Shown here piece after piece: positions 10,151-20,183 of a stretch of 32,000 nt of DNA. Position 1 is the stretch's first letter. The number at the start of each line of letters is the position of its first letter. The notes under the pieces are model-generated. The model did no database searches. It was not told where the DNA came from and saw only the letters and a program-made list of their open reading frames with translations. The DNA comes from Halomicronema hongdechloris C2206 (lineage in GTDB: Bacteria; Cyanobacteriota; Cyanobacteriia; Phormidesmidales; Phormidesmidaceae), in contig NZ_CP021983.2 of assembly GCF_002075285.3 (NCBI RefSeq), forward strand, positions 4,290,001 through 4,322,000, given 5' to 3'. The position numbers and the translations under genes are program-made.

Positions 10151-10420
10151 ATGGTACCTACCGTCGAAATTTATACCTGGAGTCGCTGCCCATTCTGTAG
10201 TCGCGCCAAAGCATTACTCGATAGTAAAAATGTAGACTATACCGAATACTGCATCGACGGAGATGACCAAGCCAGGGCGGCCATGGCAACTCGCGCTAAT
10301 GGCCAACGGTCTCTACCCCAAATTTTCATTGGCGATCAGCATATCGGCGGTTGCGATGATTTGTACAGTCTCGATGCCCATGGGCAACTCGACGATTTAC
10401 TGCAAGTCAGCTCTGTATAG
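10151..10420 (+). CDS. grxC: Glutaredoxin 3 (dithiol Grx, CPFC active site)
   Basis: 89 aa. The active site is YTWSRCPFCSRAKALL, and the motifs LPQIFIGDQHIGGCDDL are conserved in GrxC-type glutaredoxins. There is a strong SD (AAGGAG). Confidence 0.9.
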   Translation: MVPTVEIYTWSRCPFCSRAKALLDSKNVDYTEYCIDGDDQARAAMATRANGQRSLPQIFIGDQHIGGCDDLYSLDAHGQLDDLLQVSSV

Positions 10421-10482
10421 TACCGAAATTGGCTTTTAATAAATGCTGTTCGCAGTAATTGCGCGCGATTGCTAGATCAATC

Positions 10483-10905
10483 ATGGTATTCCAGACAGAC
10501 ATAAACCTCCTTACCAAGGGGCATGGAGACATGCACGACATTACCGATCAGGTTAATAGCATCGTGCAACAGTCTGGGATTACTCAGGGTATGGTGAATA
10601 TTTTCAACATAGGTAGCACTGCTACGGTAGGAACCATCGAATTTGAGCCTGGCCTCCAGCAAGATTTGCCCTCGCTATTGAATCGCCTAATTCCACCCAG
10701 CCGTGATTACGGCCATGAACAAACTTGGCATGATGGCAATGGCCACTCTCATCTACAAGCCACTTGGATGGGGCCTTCCCTTACGGTTCCCATTCGTAAT
10801 GGCACCTTGGTCCTTGGCACCTGGCAGCAGATCTTTCACCTAGAATGTGACATCCGCCCCCGACAACGCGCCTTAGCCATTACTATCTATGGCCACGGAC
10901 ATTAG
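10483..10905 (+). CDS. yjbQ: YjbQ/UPF0047 family protein (secondary thiamine-phosphate synthase enzyme)
   Basis: The family-typical motifs are HITDQV...GMVNIFNIGSTATVGTIEFEPGLQQDL...DGNGHSHLQATWMGPSLTVPIRNGTLVLGTWQQIF. I prefer ATG 10483 over the track's TTG at 10459. Confidence 0.85.
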   Translation: MVFQTDINLLTKGHGDMHDITDQVNSIVQQSGITQGMVNIFNIGSTATVGTIEFEPGLQQDLPSLLNRLIPPSRDYGHEQTWHDGNGHSHLQATWMGPSLTVPIRNGTLVLGTWQQIFHLECDIRPRQRALAITIYGHGH

Positions 10906-10980
10906 AAGCCCCTTGTCCCCTGCCGGTGTGTTCCCATAGGGTGACTACTGCCGGGACAACTAACTCTAAACTAACTCTAA

Positions 10981-11006
10981 GCGCATCGCCGGAAGTGGCG
11001 ATGCGC
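10981..11006. terminator. Perfect 10-bp stem / 6-nt loop hairpin between the convergent yjbQ and hpf genes (candidate bidirectional terminator)
   Basis: GCGCATCGCC-ggaagt-GGCGATGCGC was read directly from the sequence. On the minus strand it is followed by TTAGAGTTAGTTTAGAGTTAG. There is no clean U-tract, so function is inferred. Confidence 0.5.
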
Positions 11007-11030
11007 CATCTCAAGGAAACCTAGTGACGC

Positions 11031-11675
11031 TCAGGTACCGGTCGAGGTGGTAGCTGCCGTTGTCTGGTAAGCGCGACCATTGTGATGATTCCCATCGGAC
11101 TTACGCGGCTGTAGCAATCCATAGCCACCATGATTTCGCTCATAAATAACGTTGATTTCGCCCGTATCGGCGTTGCGAAACATATAGAAATCGTGGTCCA
11201 CCAACTCTAACTGCTCTAGAGCGTCCTGAACGGTCATCGGTGGCATGGCAAAATACTTGGTGCGTACCACCTGCTCAGGCAGCTGAGGCTCCTTAGACTG
11301 TAACAGCTGTGACACATCCGAGGCAGCATCACTCTCAATAAGCGCATCGTTGGGCTTGACTGAAGTATGGTTCTTACTTTGACGTTTTTCCTTATATTTT
11401 CGCAATTGGCGACTGATCTTATTGGCCACCAAATCAATACTGGCGTAGAGGTTGTCACTACTTTCCTCTGCCCTCACTACAGCACCATTTATGTAGAGGG
11501 TTACTTCTGCCGATTGCTTGGTGCTTATCCGAGGGTTGCGAGCTATGGAGAGAGTCACATCGACTTCGTTCGTTAAATGCTGAAAGTGGCTCGCAGCCTT
11601 TGATATTTTTTGCTGAACGTAGTCGCGGATAGCGTCTGTGATTTCAATATTTTTACCCTGGATAACAAGCTTCAT
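11031..11675 (-). CDS. hpf: Ribosome hibernation-promoting factor, long form (HPF/LrtA)
   Basis: 214 aa. The sigma-54 modulation/YfiA N-domain is visible ([27 protein letters not shown]...[21 protein letters not shown]). The C-terminal dimerisation domain is also present ([53 protein letters not shown]). Confidence 0.9.
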   Translation of the reverse strand: MKLVIQGKNIEITDAIRDYVQQKISKAASHFQHLTNEVDVTLSIARNPRISTKQSAEVTLYINGAVVRAEESSDNLYASIDLVANKISRQLRKYKEKRQSKNHTSVKPNDALIESDAASDVSQLLQSKEPQLPEQVVRTKYFAMPPMTVQDALEQLELVDHDFYMFRNADTGEINVIYERNHGGYGLLQPRKSDGNHHNGRAYQTTAATTSTGT

Positions 11676-11880
11676 ACAGCTGCCTCCGAATTGATATGTC
11701 AGCCTATGTTCTCACCCTAGCACTTTGTATTTTGCCCAACAGCTTCCGTTAGGATCTTTTGCATCCGTTGATAATTCTTGATTTCAGAGCTTAATCTAAG
11801 GACTAACTCCCGTAAAATTGCCCTTGTGCTGGCCGCAAACTGTTACCTACAGAACAATACTCTCCCTGACGTAACGAACT

Positions 11881-12543
11881 ATGACAGCCCGCGTATGTTA
11901 TCTTCATCAACCAGGTCTAGTTGCCTATGCGGAGGCTTGGGCTTGGCAGCAGCAACTGGTGAAACGGGTTCAGTCTAGTCAGTATCCAGGAGATGTCTTA
12001 TTGCTCTTAGAGCATCCACCAGTCTATACCCTCGGGAAAGGGGCCGATACAAGCTTTTTAAGATTTAAGCCTGACCAGAGTCCCTACGCCGTCTATCGAG
12101 TAGAACGGGGTGGGGAGGTTACCTTTCACTGTCCCGGACAGCTTGTGGGCTATCCAATTTTGGATTTACGGTACCATCGCCAGGATCTACATTGGTATCT
12201 GCGACAGCTAGAGCAGGTCCTAATTGATACCCTGAAGCATTACCACCTGGTCGGAGAGCGCATTCCTGGCCTGACAGGCGTCTGGCTTGATGGGGTTAAG
12301 GTGGGCGCGATTGGCATTAAGGTGAGTCGTTGGGTCACGATGCACGGCTTTGCTCTCAATATTTGCCCTGACTTATCAGGGTTTCACCGTATCATCCCCT
12401 GTGGCATCACCGATCGTCCGGTGGGTAGCCTGACCCAGTTCTGTCCTGGTATTACTGTCGCATCCGTACAATCAGTTCTGATTGATGCATTTGCCCGGGT
12501 ATTTTCACTGACACTGCAGACAGTGGCTGACCAATACCGATGA
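11881..12543 (+). CDS. lipB: Lipoyl(octanoyl) transferase LipB
   Basis: 220 aa. LipB motifs are present: [15 protein letters not shown]...[21 protein letters not shown]...[21 protein letters not shown]...IIPCGI. Confidence 0.9.
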   Translation: MTARVCYLHQPGLVAYAEAWAWQQQLVKRVQSSQYPGDVLLLLEHPPVYTLGKGADTSFLRFKPDQSPYAVYRVERGGEVTFHCPGQLVGYPILDLRYHRQDLHWYLRQLEQVLIDTLKHYHLVGERIPGLTGVWLDGVKVGAIGIKVSRWVTMHGFALNICPDLSGFHRIIPCGITDRPVGSLTQFCPGITVASVQSVLIDAFARVFSLTLQTVADQYR

Positions 12544-12666
12544 CGGGGAAGCGGTGGCTGTCTGCAAGCGATGAGCAGTTGGTGTCAGGCCTATTTGTGA
12601 TCGGCGTACCGATTTAAGGGACAATACTGAGCCATACTAGGATCAACCCATGACTGGACGTTTCTA

Positions 12667-13020
12667 GTGATGGCTAGGCCCTATTCCCCTCAAGGCTACG
12701 ATGAATACGTGCGAGGATTGCTACGCTATAGCGAACAGGTAACCTCAACCACGCCTCGTATCTCTAGCTACCCAATGGGTACTAGTAGACAGGCAGCTCA
12801 ATTGGAGGATGAGCTGCCTATTTATGCTGTGCCCACTCCAGGGGAATACTCTCATCTCGCTAGCCTACTACGGTCGCGGGATGCGATCGCATTACATCAT
12901 CTATTCAGCCACGACTCCATTGCTGAGATAGAGGCGGATGTTTGCCAGTACCTACAACAGTTATCCCCAGAACCCGCCTGGGATGTTGAACCCTATGAGT
13001 TCCTGCGCCAGTTCCTGTGA
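12667..13020 (+). CDS. Hypothetical protein (117 aa; GTG 12667 or ATG 12670)
   Basis: It is the single long ORF filling the interval between lipB and ssb, with normal composition. I recognise no family. Confidence 0.5.
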   Translation: MMARPYSPQGYDEYVRGLLRYSEQVTSTTPRISSYPMGTSRQAAQLEDELPIYAVPTPGEYSHLASLLRSRDAIALHHLFSHDSIAEIEADVCQYLQQLSPEPAWDVEPYEFLRQFL

Positions 13021-13026
13021 ACATCC

Positions 13027-13470
13027 CTAGAACGGAATATCGTCATAGTCCGGCTCTGCCTCTGTCATAGCGGGGGCCGTTGGCGATGGAGGAGCTTTCA
13101 CAGTTTGTGATGGGGCTGCAGCCTCATCACTCGGTGTCATAGCCGCCGCCATTTGCAAACTTCCCAGTTGAGAGAGGTGATGAATTCGGCGAACGATCAT
13201 TTCAGCCTGTTTTTCGCGAAATCCCTCTGGCCGCTCTATGGAGTCAATCCGCAGCCGCCCCTCCACTAATATCCGATCCCCTTCGTGATACTGCGCCTGA
13301 ATCTCTTGGGCGAGATTGCCCCATCCTACGGCCTTCATACGCTCTGAAGCATCTTCTGATCGGAGCCCAGGAAATTGAATCACAAACTCCGCCACAGGGG
13401 TTTGGGTATCGGAGGTATACCGCAACTGGGGAGCCTGCACAATATCAGCCATCAACATGCAGTAATTCAT
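13027..13470 (-). CDS. ssb: Single-stranded DNA-binding protein
   Basis: 147 aa. The OB-fold N-terminus is MNYCMLMADIVQAPQLRYTSD...RILVEGRLRIDS. A Pro/Ala-rich linker and the acidic tail DYDDIPF typical of bacterial SSB follow. Confidence 0.9.
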   Translation of the reverse strand: MNYCMLMADIVQAPQLRYTSDTQTPVAEFVIQFPGLRSEDASERMKAVGWGNLAQEIQAQYHEGDRILVEGRLRIDSIERPEGFREKQAEMIVRRIHHLSQLGSLQMAAAMTPSDEAAAPSQTVKAPPSPTAPAMTEAEPDYDDIPF

Positions 13471-15998
13471 GTGGCCACTCCTTCCGCAGCACCCTGCTCA
13501 CTCTCGATAAAGTCTTGGACCCGAGTTCGGTATTCTCGCAGCTGTTCTTCGATCCAGTCTCGATCGTCGCTATTGGCAAAAATATGAACTAGGGGTTCTC
13601 CGGCATCAGGGAGCACCAGTACCCAGTTATCGTGGTTACCATCGACGATCTTAACCCCATCGATTAGCTCTAGGGCATCGGCTGGATGGGTCTCGACTAG
13701 ATATCGCATCAGCGCTCCCTTAACCGTCCAAGGACAACGTAGGGTCTGAATACGATGGGAGATACGCGGCAGCTCTGACCAAATTTGCCCCAAGGATCGC
13801 TCTTGTACCGTCAGCATCTCAATCAGCTTGGCGATGCAAAACATGGCATCGAAGCCAGGGTGTAGATCGGGAAAGATAAAGCCCATATCACCACTGCCCC
13901 CCAAGACTACGTTATCGTTGGCTCGACAGGCCTCCATCAGCGCCGTGGGATTGGCTTTAGTGCGAATCACGTGACCATCATGACGGCGAGCCACCTGCTC
14001 GACAGCCCCGGAAGCGTGAACAGGGACCACGATGATGCCTTTAGGATGTGCCGTTAGGATAATGTGGGTCATCAAGGCTGTTAGAGTTTCGCCGCGAATC
14101 GGTGTCCCCACCTCATCCACCAGGACAAATTGTTCGCCATTGGCTGATACCTGGACTCCAAAGGTCGCTTGCAGAGCTTGGACCACTTGCCCTAACTGCC
14201 CCAGCAAGACTTCTCGCTCAGCTGCCGAGGGGGCCATGGGACTCAGGCTGGCATTCAATACCACGGCGTCACACCCAAACTTGCCTAGCAGTTGGGGCAG
14301 CACGGCCCCCGATACGGCATAAGCGTAGTCGATCACAACTTTAGAGTTACTGTGTCGTACCGCCTCTACGTTGAGATGGTGTTCGAAGGCGGTGGTATAG
14401 GTATCGATAACCCGGCTGGGATAAGTAACGGTGCCAATTTCCTGGATTTGGGATCGCCGTAGATCTTCTTTGAAGTAGGCGCCCTCAATTTTCTTCTCTT
14501 TCCCTTTAGGAATATCGATGCCTTTGTTGTCGAAGAACTCGATCAGGATATGGTCAGGCCGATCTGGGTGCAGCCGCACATGGATACCACCAGCCACATT
14601 GAGGGTGGGCAATACGGTACGAGCCATGGGGATGGCCGTCGCTTCTAGGTTTTGTACATGAACTCCCACCGACATCAAGCCAGCAATCAGGGAACGAGAC
14701 ACCATGCGAGAGATACTGCGCTGATCTCGCGATACGGTGACGTGGGCCCCCGGCTTCAAGGTCGATCCGTAGGCAGCCCCAAGTTTCACTGCAAACTCGG
14801 GCGTGATGTCGATGTTAGCCAGGCCAGTGACGCCGCGCTGTCCAAAGAGGTTGCGCTGGGCCGTGTTACCCCAGATGAGATTAATGTTCAACGTTGCTCC
14901 TGACTCAATTTGCTTACTTGGCCAAACCCTAACTCCGGGGCTAATTTGAGCCTCTTCACCGACAGTAGATAAAGCACCCACCACGGCTCCTTCTAAAATG
15001 TGAGCGCGCCGATCGACGCGCACGCCCCGGGAAATCGTACAGGCCCGCAGGTGGACTTCATCGCCGATAATGGCTCCATTCCAGATAATGGGGCGTTTTA
15101 GATCGGCATCGTTGCCGATAGTCACATTGTCGCCAATGATGGTACCGGCCTCAATATTGGTGCGAGCACCAATGCGGCAATTATTCCCAATCAGGACTGG
15201 GGGCTGTATCTTAGCACTTGGGTCAATTTGGGTATTGTGTCCTAGCCAAATCCCTGGCGACTGTTCCTCGTAGTGGTAATCAACGATAACCTCGCGATGC
15301 AGGATATCGTATTGGGCTTCCCGATAGGCATCTAAATGACCGACGTCACACCAGTAACCTTCAGCAATGTAGCCGAAGATAGGTTCTCCTTTCTCTAGCA
15401 ATAGGGGAAACAGGTGCTTAGAGAAGTCGCATTCTTGATCGGCTGGCAGATAGTCGAGGACCTCTGGCTCTAGAATGTAAGTCCCAGTGTTGACGGTATC
15501 TGAAAAGATTTCACTGGTCGAGGGTTTCTCCAGAAAGCGTCGAATACGCCACTCCTCGTCGACGATAACGACCCCGAATTCAATGGGATTAGGCACTCGG
15601 GTTAGCACGATGGTGGCTTTCGAGCCCTGTTTCTTGTGAAAGTCAATGGCGGCTTTCAGGTCGAAGTCGGTAATGCCGTCGCCGCTGATGACCAGGAAAG
15701 TATCGTCTAGCAGGTCTGCAATGTTTTTGACGCAGCCGGCGGTGCCGAGGGGCTGGTCTTCTTCGACAGCATAGGTCATTTGCACTCCAAATTCCTTGCC
15801 GTCTTGGAAATAGTCCCGCATGATATCGGGTAAATAGTGCACTGTCGCAATAATCTCTTCGATGTCGTTGCGCTTGAGGAGATCGATGATGTGTTCGGAG
15901 ATGGGGCGATTAAGGATGGGCACCATCGGTTTGGGGAGATCGCAGGTAAGGGGCCTCAACCGTGTTCCGGATCCACCGGCCATCAGCACTGCTCGCAT
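13467..15998 (-). CDS. Bifunctional sugar-1-phosphate nucleotidyltransferase / phosphomannomutase-phosphoglucomutase family protein (mannose-1-phosphate guanylyltransferase type)
   Basis: 843 aa. The N-terminal NTP-transferase signature is MRAVLMAGGSGTRLRPLTCDLPKPMVPI. A left-handed beta-helix hexapeptide region (IGNNCRIGARTNIEAGTIIGDNVTIGND) follows. The C-terminal half has the length and layout I associate with PGM/PMM alpha-D-phosphohexomutases; this is domain-level recognition only. Confidence 0.85.
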   Translation of the reverse strand: MRAVLMAGGSGTRLRPLTCDLPKPMVPILNRPISEHIIDLLKRNDIEEIIATVHYLPDIMRDYFQDGKEFGVQMTYAVEEDQPLGTAGCVKNIADLLDDTFLVISGDGITDFDLKAAIDFHKKQGSKATIVLTRVPNPIEFGVVIVDEEWRIRRFLEKPSTSEIFSDTVNTGTYILEPEVLDYLPADQECDFSKHLFPLLLEKGEPIFGYIAEGYWCDVGHLDAYREAQYDILHREVIVDYHYEEQSPGIWLGHNTQIDPSAKIQPPVLIGNNCRIGARTNIEAGTIIGDNVTIGNDADLKRPIIWNGAIIGDEVHLRACTISRGVRVDRRAHILEGAVVGALSTVGEEAQISPGVRVWPSKQIESGATLNINLIWGNTAQRNLFGQRGVTGLANIDITPEFAVKLGAAYGSTLKPGAHVTVSRDQRSISRMVSRSLIAGLMSVGVHVQNLEATAIPMARTVLPTLNVAGGIHVRLHPDRPDHILIEFFDNKGIDIPKGKEKKIEGAYFKEDLRRSQIQEIGTVTYPSRVIDTYTTAFEHHLNVEAVRHSNSKVVIDYAYAVSGAVLPQLLGKFGCDAVVLNASLSPMAPSAAEREVLLGQLGQVVQALQATFGVQVSANGEQFVLVDEVGTPIRGETLTALMTHIILTAHPKGIIVVPVHASGAVEQVARRHDGHVIRTKANPTALMEACRANDNVVLGGSGDMGFIFPDLHPGFDAMFCIAKLIEMLTVQERSLGQIWSELPRISHRIQTLRCPWTVKGALMRYLVETHPADALELIDGVKIVDGNHDNWVLVLPDAGEPLVHIFANSDDRDWIEEQLREYRTRVQDFIESEQGAAEGVAT

Positions 15999-16401
15999 AT
16001 ATCCTCCTTGAACTGCCTTAAACTGCTAAACGTCTGCGGTTTGGGTTCTCAGCCCCGCGTCTTACGAGTGTTTTCTAGAATTCCATCACTGGCTTCACTG
16101 GCATATCACTCTGGCTATTAGGTCTAGTTGCCTATCAGGGACGTTGGACTCTCTCAAGAGCCAGACACTTAGGATAGCGTCGAGGCATCACCAGAAGCCG
16201 TTTGCTAACCTACAGGTATGAAGAATACTGAATCAGCGCTGCCATCGACAGTACGCTATGGGGCAATAGGGCATGCGTAGATTCGGCTGCGGTCTAACGT
16301 TCATCGGGGCCGACAGAGAAACATCAACGAAGGGTAGCCATAAGGGCTAACGTTGGTATTGTAAGAGATATCTCCACACGTGAATTGGAGGTCGATTGTC
16401 C

Positions 16402-16584
16402 ATGGGTCCATTGCTGACTATTGTATTACTGGCTGTCTATGGCGTTGGTGCCTGGAAGTTCTGGACAGGATTTCATCGCACGAATTTCAGCCAGGGCCGG
16501 CTACAGTTAACGCTGCTGTGGCCTCTGTTTTTGTTGGCCAATAAGGCCTATCGTGAAAACTTTAATCGGGCCTTGAAGGGATAG
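16402..16584 (+). CDS. Small hypothetical membrane protein (about 60 aa, two hydrophobic segments)
   Basis: The sequence is MGPLLTIVLLAVYGVGAWKFW...LQLTLLWPLFLLANKAY. A GGAG lies 11 nt upstream of ATG 16402. The track's TTG at 16396 is less likely. Confidence 0.45.
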   Translation: MGPLLTIVLLAVYGVGAWKFWTGFHRTNFSQGRLQLTLLWPLFLLANKAYRENFNRALKG

Positions 16585-16594
16585 GGGATTATCT

Positions 16595-17287
16595 GTGTCG
16601 AGTCGACCTAGCCAGGGGGCCTGGTCTACCCAGGTGGCAGCGGTTGCCCGCCGTTACGATCGAGAATATCGCGGTCAGGCCGTGCAGGTGCCGCCTGAGA
16701 TTGAGGAGATGCCGATTTTTCGGGAATGGGCGGCAGGACGCCTGGCAGGACAGCTGGCTTCGCCGTTTTGGCAACTGGCCCAACCGCGTCGCCGCCAACG
16801 GTGTCTCGATATTGGCTGTGGTATCAGTTTTTTAGTTTATCCCTGGGTCGAGTGGGATGCTTGGTTCCACGGCCATGATGTCAGTGCAGTGGCCGTGGAG
16901 GCGTTGCGATCGCGAGCCCCCCAATTAAACTCCAAGCTATTTAAGGGAGTATGCCAGGGAGCCGCGCACCAGTTGGAATACGATCAGCAATTTGATTTGG
17001 TGATTTCGACGGGGGTGAGTTGTTACTACCCAATCGAGTACTGGCAACAGGTGCTAGCTCAGGTGAGGCGAGTGCTAAAGCCGGGCGCAGTTTTTGTCTT
17101 TGATGTGGTGAATCCAGAGGTACCTTTGGCGGAGAATTGGGCCATCTTAGAGACGTATCTGGGAGCCGAGGTCATGCTGACGCCCCTCGAGGATTGGTCA
17201 CCGATGCTGAAACAGGCTGGGGTAAAGATTCTAAAACAACAGGATCATGGATTGTTTCATCTGTTTAAGGTGACGTGGCCGGGGTGA
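16595..17287 (+). CDS. Class I SAM-dependent methyltransferase
   Basis: 230 aa with motif I CLDIGCGISF and post-I/II patterns (FDLVISTGV...LKPGAVFVFDV). The start is GTG and is uncertain. Confidence 0.75.
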   Translation: MSSRPSQGAWSTQVAAVARRYDREYRGQAVQVPPEIEEMPIFREWAAGRLAGQLASPFWQLAQPRRRQRCLDIGCGISFLVYPWVEWDAWFHGHDVSAVAVEALRSRAPQLNSKLFKGVCQGAAHQLEYDQQFDLVISTGVSCYYPIEYWQQVLAQVRRVLKPGAVFVFDVVNPEVPLAENWAILETYLGAEVMLTPLEDWSPMLKQAGVKILKQQDHGLFHLFKVTWPG

Positions 17288-17316
17288 CCATCCCGGGTTG
17301 GGCAGTGGATTGAGCC

Positions 17317-18135
17317 ATGGAGTGCCTGCGAATCTGGCTGATTGGGGGGACTCGAGACAGTGCTGAGGTGGCGCGGGGGTTGGTCGAGGCCGAGATCCCC
17401 TGTGTGGTTACGGTCACGACTCCGGCGGCGACACGCCTATACCCACAAGCGCCGACGCTGACGGTGCGAGTCGGCAAACTGACCCGGGAGCAATTATTTA
17501 CTTTTGTGGTGGATGAATCGATTGGGGCCGTCCTGGATGCCTCCCATCCCTTTGCTGTAGAAATTTCCCACGGTGCGATCGCAACGGCTCAGCAGCATCA
17601 CCTTCCCTACCTGCGCTTAGAACGTCCTCCCATAACTCTAGAGGCCAGCGATACGGAGGCTACCGTCACAGAAGTCCCTGATCTCGGCACCCTGCTGGCC
17701 AACGGTAGCCTGCAGGGAGAGCGGGTACTCCTGACCCTGGGGTATCGCTCCCTAGGGGCTTGCCGCCCTTGGCACCAGCACATTACCTTATTTGCGCGCA
17801 TCCTTCCCTCCACCACAGCATTGACTGCGGCCTTTGCCGCTGGGTTTACCGCCGATCGCCTAATTGCCCTGAGGCCACCAATCAGTCCTGACCTCGAGCG
17901 GGCCCTCTGGCAGCAGTGGCAGATCACAACCGTTGTTAGCAAGGCATCTGGCCAAGCTGGGGGAGAAGACACTAAACGCCAGGTAGCTGCTCAGTTAGGC
18001 ATCCCTCTCTTGATCGTGGCTCGACCTCAGGTCGCCTATCCCCGCCAGACAGACTCAGTGGCAGAGGCCCTGACAATTTGTCAACACTGGAGCCAGATTT
18101 TTCGATCCCGATCGAACAACCATCCGCTAGAATGA
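17317..18135 (+). CDS. cobK: Precorrin-6A / cobalt-precorrin-6A reductase
   Basis: 272 aa. The sequence RIWLIGGTRDSAEVARGL...LDASHPFAVEISHGAI...LRLERP...TTVVSKASGQAGGEDTKRQVAAQLGIPLLIVARP matches the CobK/CbiJ pattern. Confidence 0.8.
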   Translation: MECLRIWLIGGTRDSAEVARGLVEAEIPCVVTVTTPAATRLYPQAPTLTVRVGKLTREQLFTFVVDESIGAVLDASHPFAVEISHGAIATAQQHHLPYLRLERPPITLEASDTEATVTEVPDLGTLLANGSLQGERVLLTLGYRSLGACRPWHQHITLFARILPSTTALTAAFAAGFTADRLIALRPPISPDLERALWQQWQITTVVSKASGQAGGEDTKRQVAAQLGIPLLIVARPQVAYPRQTDSVAEALTICQHWSQIFRSRSNNHPLE

Positions 18136-18162
18136 CCGCAAGCTATTTCCTCTGCTCCATTC

Positions 18163-19608
18163 ATGACCGCCGTTCCCATGCCACCGGGTTCTCCCCACTC
18201 CTTTGATGTTTCCGGCAATGACCCCTTGCCAGAAGCGACCCCTGTGTTTGCCCTGAGGGAACTGGTGGCCCGACTACAGCGAGAGCAATTTAAGATCCAA
18301 GACCTACTCAGTTCCCTGGGCTTTGCCCTACGCAGTCTCAACAATTTGAATCAATTCTTAGAGTTGATTCCTCTGATTGCCAGTCGCGTCGCCGATGCTA
18401 CCGGCGGAGCCTTGATCTTGTTTCGCTCCGATGGCCGTGTCCGCTTAGAGCAGTTGCACTGCCAGAGTGACGATCAGTGTCAGGATGTGCGAATGGCCCT
18501 GGAAGCGGCGACTCGACAAGTCACGGCCTCCTTGCCACCAACCCCTAATGGGGCGGTTACCATGGCCCGCCACACCATGTTGGCCCTCGATCGCCAGGTC
18601 AATCGTTACCTGGGTTCTGAATGTCAACTCTTCGGCACCGCTATTATCGTGCGCAATGTTGAGCGGGGGCGGCTCTATGTATTTAGTCGGGAACCCGACT
18701 ATAGCTGGAGTGAGACCCGCCAGAAACTGGTACGGCTAGTGGCTGACCAGACCTCGGTCGCCATTGAAAATGATGAACTGACCGATGCCCTGCGCAAGAA
18801 AGAACGCCTGGATCGAGAACTGGAGATCGGCGCCGAGATTCAACTGCAGTTACTGCCGCGGCAATGTCCTACCATCGAGGGCATCGATCTGGCCGCCCGA
18901 TGTCAAACCGCCAATCGAGTCGGGGGAGATTATTACGACTTCATCCCCACCACCTATGAACAACTTCGCCACCCCCACTCTAGCCAGTCCAGCTCATCGG
19001 CCTGGAGTTTTGCCATCGGCGATGTCATGGGCAAAGGAGTTCCCGCCGGACTGATCATGACCATGCTGCGAGGCATGCTGCGGGCAGAGGTGTTCAACGG
19101 CTATTCACCAGCCCGGATCTTGCAGCACCTCAACACAGTCATGCACATAGACTTGGAAAATTCCAATCGGTTCGTCACCCTGTTCTACTCCGAGTATGAT
19201 CCCCGCACGCGGATTTTGTCCTACGGGAATGCGGCCCATAATCCGCCCTTCTTGTGGCAAGCCGCCAGTAACACTGTCACCCGGCTGGATACAGTCGGCA
19301 TGCTATTGGGATTAGACATGGATAGCCGCTACCATGAAGCCGAAATCCAACTCCAGCCCGGGGATACGGTCGTGTATTACACCGATGGCTTTACTGAGGC
19401 GGTCAATGCCAGAGGGGAGCGGTTCGAAGAGGATAACCTGCAACGCGCGCTACAGTGGGCCTGCCGCAATTGCGAGTCGGCTGAGGCCATCCTGAATTAT
19501 CTGTTTGACCTGCTGCAGAAGTTTATCGGTAGCGATTCCCAGAACGAAGATGATATGACCTTGATTGTGATGCGGGTTAACCCCGAATTACAGCTCAATC
19601 TGTTCTAA
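18163..19608 (+). CDS. GAF-domain PP2C-family (SpoIIE-type) protein serine/threonine phosphatase
   Basis: 481 aa. A GAF-like N-half is followed by the SpoIIE/PP2C motifs ELEIGAEIQLQLLP...RVGGDYYDF...AIGDVMGKGVPAGLIM...NAAHNPP...YTDGFTEA...DDMTLIVMRV. Confidence 0.9.
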   Translation: MTAVPMPPGSPHSFDVSGNDPLPEATPVFALRELVARLQREQFKIQDLLSSLGFALRSLNNLNQFLELIPLIASRVADATGGALILFRSDGRVRLEQLHCQSDDQCQDVRMALEAATRQVTASLPPTPNGAVTMARHTMLALDRQVNRYLGSECQLFGTAIIVRNVERGRLYVFSREPDYSWSETRQKLVRLVADQTSVAIENDELTDALRKKERLDRELEIGAEIQLQLLPRQCPTIEGIDLAARCQTANRVGGDYYDFIPTTYEQLRHPHSSQSSSSAWSFAIGDVMGKGVPAGLIMTMLRGMLRAEVFNGYSPARILQHLNTVMHIDLENSNRFVTLFYSEYDPRTRILSYGNAAHNPPFLWQAASNTVTRLDTVGMLLGLDMDSRYHEAEIQLQPGDTVVYYTDGFTEAVNARGERFEEDNLQRALQWACRNCESAEAILNYLFDLLQKFIGSDSQNEDDMTLIVMRVNPELQLNLF

Positions 19609-19901
19609 ATGGGCTCTTCTTCCCCTCTACTGCAGACTAGTGGCGTTTCTGGAACCCTCTTAGAGGACATTTGAAAACTCGGCTGAAAGCCCTGCAGGGT
19701 AAGCGTTTTAGAGCGTATGGCTCTGTTGGCCAGAATCCAGTCTGGAGCAAGGTTGCAGGGTACTTTCCAAATATCCTCTTAGGCGGATTAACCGAATCAT
19801 GCAAGTTGGGATTTGCAGCGTTTTCCGCCCAAAACTCCAGCTTTGGGGCTGGACTTGGTATAGTTTGGGCATATTGAATCGTAAGGTAGGCGTTATTAGC
19901 G

Positions 19902-20183
19902 ATGATTCCCAGTGCTGAGCTATTCCCCTCCCCTGCAGTCAAGAGCCAGGAAGATCTAGCCCTTACCCCCACCGTCTCGCCACTAGCGATATCGGGGGAC
20001 AGCTCGCTAGCAGCCTATGGGCCGCATCAGACCAAGGCTGTCGTGCTGGCTCAGCAATTTGATCAAGATATTTTGGGGGACCTGGGGGGAGCATTCAATC
20101 ACTTCATTGAATCTGGCCAGGTCTGGGCGTTAGTTATTGGCCTGGTGCTGGGCTATCTGATTCGAGGGTTAACCGCCTATTGA
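19902..20183 (+). CDS. Hypothetical tail-anchored small membrane protein (93 aa)
   Basis: A single C-terminal hydrophobic helix is present (VWALVIGLVLGYLIRGLTAY). No strong SD is seen and I recognise no family. Confidence 0.35.
   Translation: MIPSAELFPSPAVKSQEDLALTPTVSPLAISGDSSLAAYGPHQTKAVVLAQQFDQDILGDLGGAFNHFIESGQVWALVIGLVLGYLIRGLTAY

Noticed and set aside
14032-15273. Plus-strand ORFs of 67-96 aa opposite the nucleotidyltransferase/phosphomutase gene
   Set aside because: They are antisense to a well-supported 843-aa CDS and have off-frame composition.
19637-19972. 111-aa minus-strand ORF and 68-aa plus-strand ORF in the 19.6-19.9 kb spacer
   Set aside because: There are no SD elements. 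The two ORFs overlap each other, and their composition is atypical relative to neighbouring genes. The region is better treated as non-coding or a possible sRNA, though I cannot exclude a small protein.
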